Below are positions 37,579 through 40,000 of a stretch of DNA of 40,000 nt, piece by piece. Position 1 is the first letter of the stretch. Each line of letters opens with the position of its first letter. The position numbers and the translations under genes are program-made. The stretch spans positions 89,355 to 129,354 of the forward strand of contig NZ_AFWT01000003.1 of NCBI RefSeq assembly GCF_000224065.1, given 5' to 3'. This DNA comes from Thiorhodococcus drewsii AZ1. Lineage in GTDB: Bacteria > Pseudomonadota > Gammaproteobacteria > Chromatiales > Chromatiaceae. The notes beneath the pieces are model-generated. The model was not told the DNA's origin and searched no databases. It worked only from the letters and a program-made list of their open reading frames with translations.

Positions 37579-37947
37579 TCACTTTTCTGCGGGGAAACAG
37601 CGCAGTCCGGTGAGCGACTCGAAATCCGCGCACGGCGACATGTAGGAGACGGTGTTGTCCGCGTGGATGCGCAACACGTGTCGTCCGCCCTTGGTGCAGG
37701 CCACGGCGACCAGTGCCGCCCCGTTCGATCCGGTCCCGAGCGCCCGAGTGCGTTCGATGCCTTGGCAGGGTCCCCCGAATCGGGAGATGGCCGCCAGGAA
37801 CAGCCGCTCGGCGAGTTGTTGTCCCGTCGGCAGGGCCGGGGGCGTGAGTGCGGCCAATAATAGGGTGACGCCGAACATGAGGGCTCTCTTGCGCTGTTTC
37901 GCGTTAGATGCGGTTTTCGGGGATCGGGGATCCCTGGTCGGATTCAT
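37579..37947 (-). CDS. Hypothetical small exported protein (signal peptide, 4 Cys)
   Basis: 122-aa ORF with the SD GAGGTG 8 nt upstream of ATG 37947. It has a basic n-region, then LMFGVTLLLAALTPPALP, and four cysteines in the mature part. I recognise no family. Confidence 0.45.
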   Translation of the reverse strand: MNPTRDPRSPKTASNAKQRKRALMFGVTLLLAALTPPALPTGQQLAERLFLAAISRFGGPCQGIERTRALGTGSNGAALVAVACTKGGRHVLRIHADNTVSYMSPCADFESLTGLRCFPAEK

Positions 37948-38002
37948 CGATGAACCACCTCGCTCTTCGTGGCGCGCCGCGTGTATCGGTGCCCGACCCT
38001 AT

Positions 38003-38030
38003 CCCGGATGCGGTTTCAGCGCAATCCTGG
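38003..38030. repeat. REP-like element, copy D (degenerate; CCGGATGCGGTTTCAGCGCAATCCTGG)
   Basis: Read directly from the sequence. It lies in the gap between the hypothetical gene's start and the Fic stop. Confidence 0.45.
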
Positions 38031-38063
38031 CGCGTACTGGTACGGCGGCGAGGTTGGTGGCAC

Positions 38064-38087
38064 CCCCGTTTCGCTGCGCTTACGGGG
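38064..38087. repeat. REP-like hairpin, copy E (stem CCCCGT/ACGGGG, loop TTCGCTGCGCTT)
   Basis: Read directly from the sequence. It overlaps the Fic stop codon (38080-38082). Confidence 0.65.
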
Positions 38088-39249
38088 TCGACGGCGGATC
38101 CGTGCCTTCGCCAAGGATGGCCAGGTAGCTTCGATAGGCAAATACACGTCCACGGCGACGGCCCGTCACCTCCTCGACGATTCCAAGACGCTGGAGGTCC
38201 AGTAGCGCGGCGTTGATGGTCGGGGCCGAGAGCCCGGTTCGAGTCACGAGTACGTTGGCTGTGAGGTAGGGGCTCTGTTGGAGGAAGTCGTGGACTCGCA
38301 GAGCGGAGTTGACGCGGTCGCCGCTTGCGGCGATGCGCTCGCGATCATCCTTGAATAGCTCGACGATACGTGTTGCCGCATCGAACGCCTGATTGGCGGT
38401 TTCGGCGACGCCGGTCAGGAAGAATTCGAGCCATGGCTCCCAGGCGCCCTGTTCTCTGACTTCCTGAAGCAGCCGGTAATAGTCGGTTCTGTGACTTTTC
38501 AGGTAGAGACTGAGATAGAGAAGCGGTTTGCGTAGCACTCCATGGGTGCAGAGATAGAGTGTGACCAGCAGGCGTCCGATGCGTCCGTTGCCGTCGAGGA
38601 AGGGATGAATCGTTTCGAACTGGACGTGCATGAGCCCGGCCTTGATGAGCGCCGGGAGCCGTGAATCCTCTTCGTGCATGAAGCCTTCGAGCGCATAGAG
38701 ACAGGCGTCCAGCTCGGTCGTGGGCGGTGGGACGAACAGGGCGTTTCCGGGACGCGTGCCGCCGATCCAGTTCTGCGAGCGCCTGAATTCGCCTGGGCTC
38801 TTGGTGCCACCGCGACCGCCCTGGAGCAGTCTTGCGTGGATCTCGCGGATGAGCCGAAGTGACAGAGGCAGGTCCTCTAGGCGTTCGAGGCCATACATCA
38901 TGGCGTCGACATAGTTCGAAACCTCTCGGATATCGTCGATTGGCTGGCCGGCTTGTGCCTCAGCCTCGAAGCGCAGGAGGTCCGATAGGGTGGATTGGGT
39001 TCCCTCGATCTGCGAGGACAGTACGGCTTCCTTGCGCACATACATGTACAGGAACAGTTCCTGGCGCGGTAACAGGATGGTGATGCCGTCGAGTCGCCCC
39101 AAGGCGCGCTCCGCTGCGCTCAGATGATGGAGCAGGCTGAGCACGTCGATCGGCGGATTCGGCGGCAGCGGTGGTGGAATAAATGCGCGAACGATCTCGC
39201 CAGCGACGGGGGATTCGATAAAACAGCCAAGGCGGGTTGGTTCGGGCAT
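38080..39249 (-). CDS. Fic-family protein (AMPylase-type), class II with an N-terminal inhibitory helix and a C-terminal winged-helix domain
   Basis: 389-aa ORF. It has the Fic active-site motif HPFLDGNGRIGR, the inhibitory motif (S/T)xxxE(G/N) as SSQIEG upstream, and a C-terminal GLSAPTINAALLDLQRLGIVEE wHTH-like segment. Confidence 0.9.
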   Translation of the reverse strand: MPEPTRLGCFIESPVAGEIVRAFIPPPLPPNPPIDVLSLLHHLSAAERALGRLDGITILLPRQELFLYMYVRKEAVLSSQIEGTQSTLSDLLRFEAEAQAGQPIDDIREVSNYVDAMMYGLERLEDLPLSLRLIREIHARLLQGGRGGTKSPGEFRRSQNWIGGTRPGNALFVPPPTTELDACLYALEGFMHEEDSRLPALIKAGLMHVQFETIHPFLDGNGRIGRLLVTLYLCTHGVLRKPLLYLSLYLKSHRTDYYRLLQEVREQGAWEPWLEFFLTGVAETANQAFDAATRIVELFKDDRERIAASGDRVNSALRVHDFLQQSPYLTANVLVTRTGLSAPTINAALLDLQRLGIVEEVTGRRRGRVFAYRSYLAILGEGTDPPSTP

Positions 39250-39347
39250 GTTGATGGGGCGTCTACATCTGACTTTGCTCTTTATTTAAGTAATAGTCGT
39301 TTTTTTTAATTAACGTCAATGCCAATTTAAGTCCGCTTTACTACAGG

Positions 39348-40000
39348 TCATGCGTAAAGGCGCTCGAAGCGGGATCGGATTTCGGTGTGACGCCGCTCGG
39401 TTGCGGTTTCGTTCAGGCGCTCGGTGCGGGGGATGCCGACCGGGATTTCGGCGATGAGTCTGGCGGGGTTGCTGGAGAGGCAGAGGATGCGATCGGCGAG
39501 CATGGTGGCCTCGCGCAGGTCGTGGGTGACGAAGAGGATGGTGGGGCGGGTTCGGTCCCAGATCTGGATCAGGAGTCGCCGCAACTGTTGGGCGGTGGGT
39601 GCGTCGAGCGAGACGAATGGCTCGTCCATCAACAGCAGTTGTGGCTGCACGGCGAAGGCGCGGGCGAGCGCGGCGCGGCGTTGCATGCCGACCGAGAGGC
39701 GATTGGCGTGCAGTTCGGCGAATCCGCTCAGCCCGGTGAGCGCGAGCAGGTCGTCGACCTGACGTCGAGGATGCGCGCGTTCGTTCAGTACCAGTTCGAT
39801 GTTCTTGCGTAGCGTGAGCCAGGGCAGCAGGCGCGGATTCTGGAAGACGTAGCCGAGCCGAGGCGGCTGTTCGGAACGCGTGTCGGCCCAGGCGACGCGG
39901 CCCTCGAAATCGCGGTCCAGACCGGCGATGAGTTGCAGCAGGGTCGTCTTTCCGCACCCCGATGGACCCACGACCGCGACCACCTCTGCGGCCCGCAGGG
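39348..40000 (-). CDS. ABC transporter ATP-binding protein (nitrate/sulfonate/taurine NitT/TauT-type). The 5' end lies outside the window.
   Basis: It has Walker A GPSGCGKTT, the Q-loop YVFQNPRLLPW, the signature LSVGMQRR, Walker B LLLMDEPF and the H-loop VTHD. The reading frame stays open to the window edge. Confidence 0.85.
   Translation of the reverse strand, partial: LRAAEVVAVVGPSGCGKTTLLQLIAGLDRDFEGRVAWADTRSEQPPRLGYVFQNPRLLPWLTLRKNIELVLNERAHPRRQVDDLLALTGLSGFAELHANRLSVGMQRRAALARAFAVQPQLLLMDEPFVSLDAPTAQQLRRLLIQIWDRTRPTILFVTHDLREATMLADRILCLSSNPARLIAEIPVGIPRTERLNETATERRHTEIRSRFERLYA

Overview
GC-rich proteobacterial chromosome segment. Most of it is a tetrahydromethanopterin (H4MPT) / methanofuran (MFR)-linked formaldehyde-oxidation gene island, present as two blocks. 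Block 1 (2047-19694) holds fhcBADC on the minus strand. On the plus strand it holds mptG-mtdB-(ATP-grasp)-mch-mptN-(CitG-like)-fae-(PTPS-like fusion), then a HisA/HisF-like gene lying 12 bp from a divergent operon of MfnD-like, MfnF-like, pabB and MfnE-like genes. Block 2 (33362-35206, minus strand) holds mfnB, DUF447 (orfY) and an AfpA/DmrB-like flavoprotein, directly downstream of an AcoR-type sigma-54 activator. An accessory wedge of about 13.7 kb sits between the blocks. It contains a small hydrophobic sORF, a disordered P/A/S/T-rich ORF, a 1786-aa soluble hybrid histidine kinase, a vestigial type I-E CRISPR array with no cas genes, an AbiEi/AbiEii module, a TonB-dependent receptor, and an aldehyde dehydrogenase + DUF779 pair behind a near-consensus sigma-54 promoter. 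The left edge carries an Aer-type PAS/MCP receptor encoded as two overlapping ORFs and an MFS transporter pseudogene. The right edge carries a small exported protein, a class II Fic protein and a partial ABC ATPase. A REP-like hairpin family with a conserved loop (TTCGCTGCGCT) and covarying stems recurs at five gene 3' ends. No rRNA, tRNA, transposase or integrase was recognised. Many long ORFs in the track are antisense or read-through artefacts of GC-rich DNA. The track also translates GTG/TTG starts as M, so several starts were re-derived. The items I consider least described are the PTPS-like fusion with an HGG (not HGH) metal motif inside the C1 island, and the decayed CRISPR locus with conflicting orientation signals.
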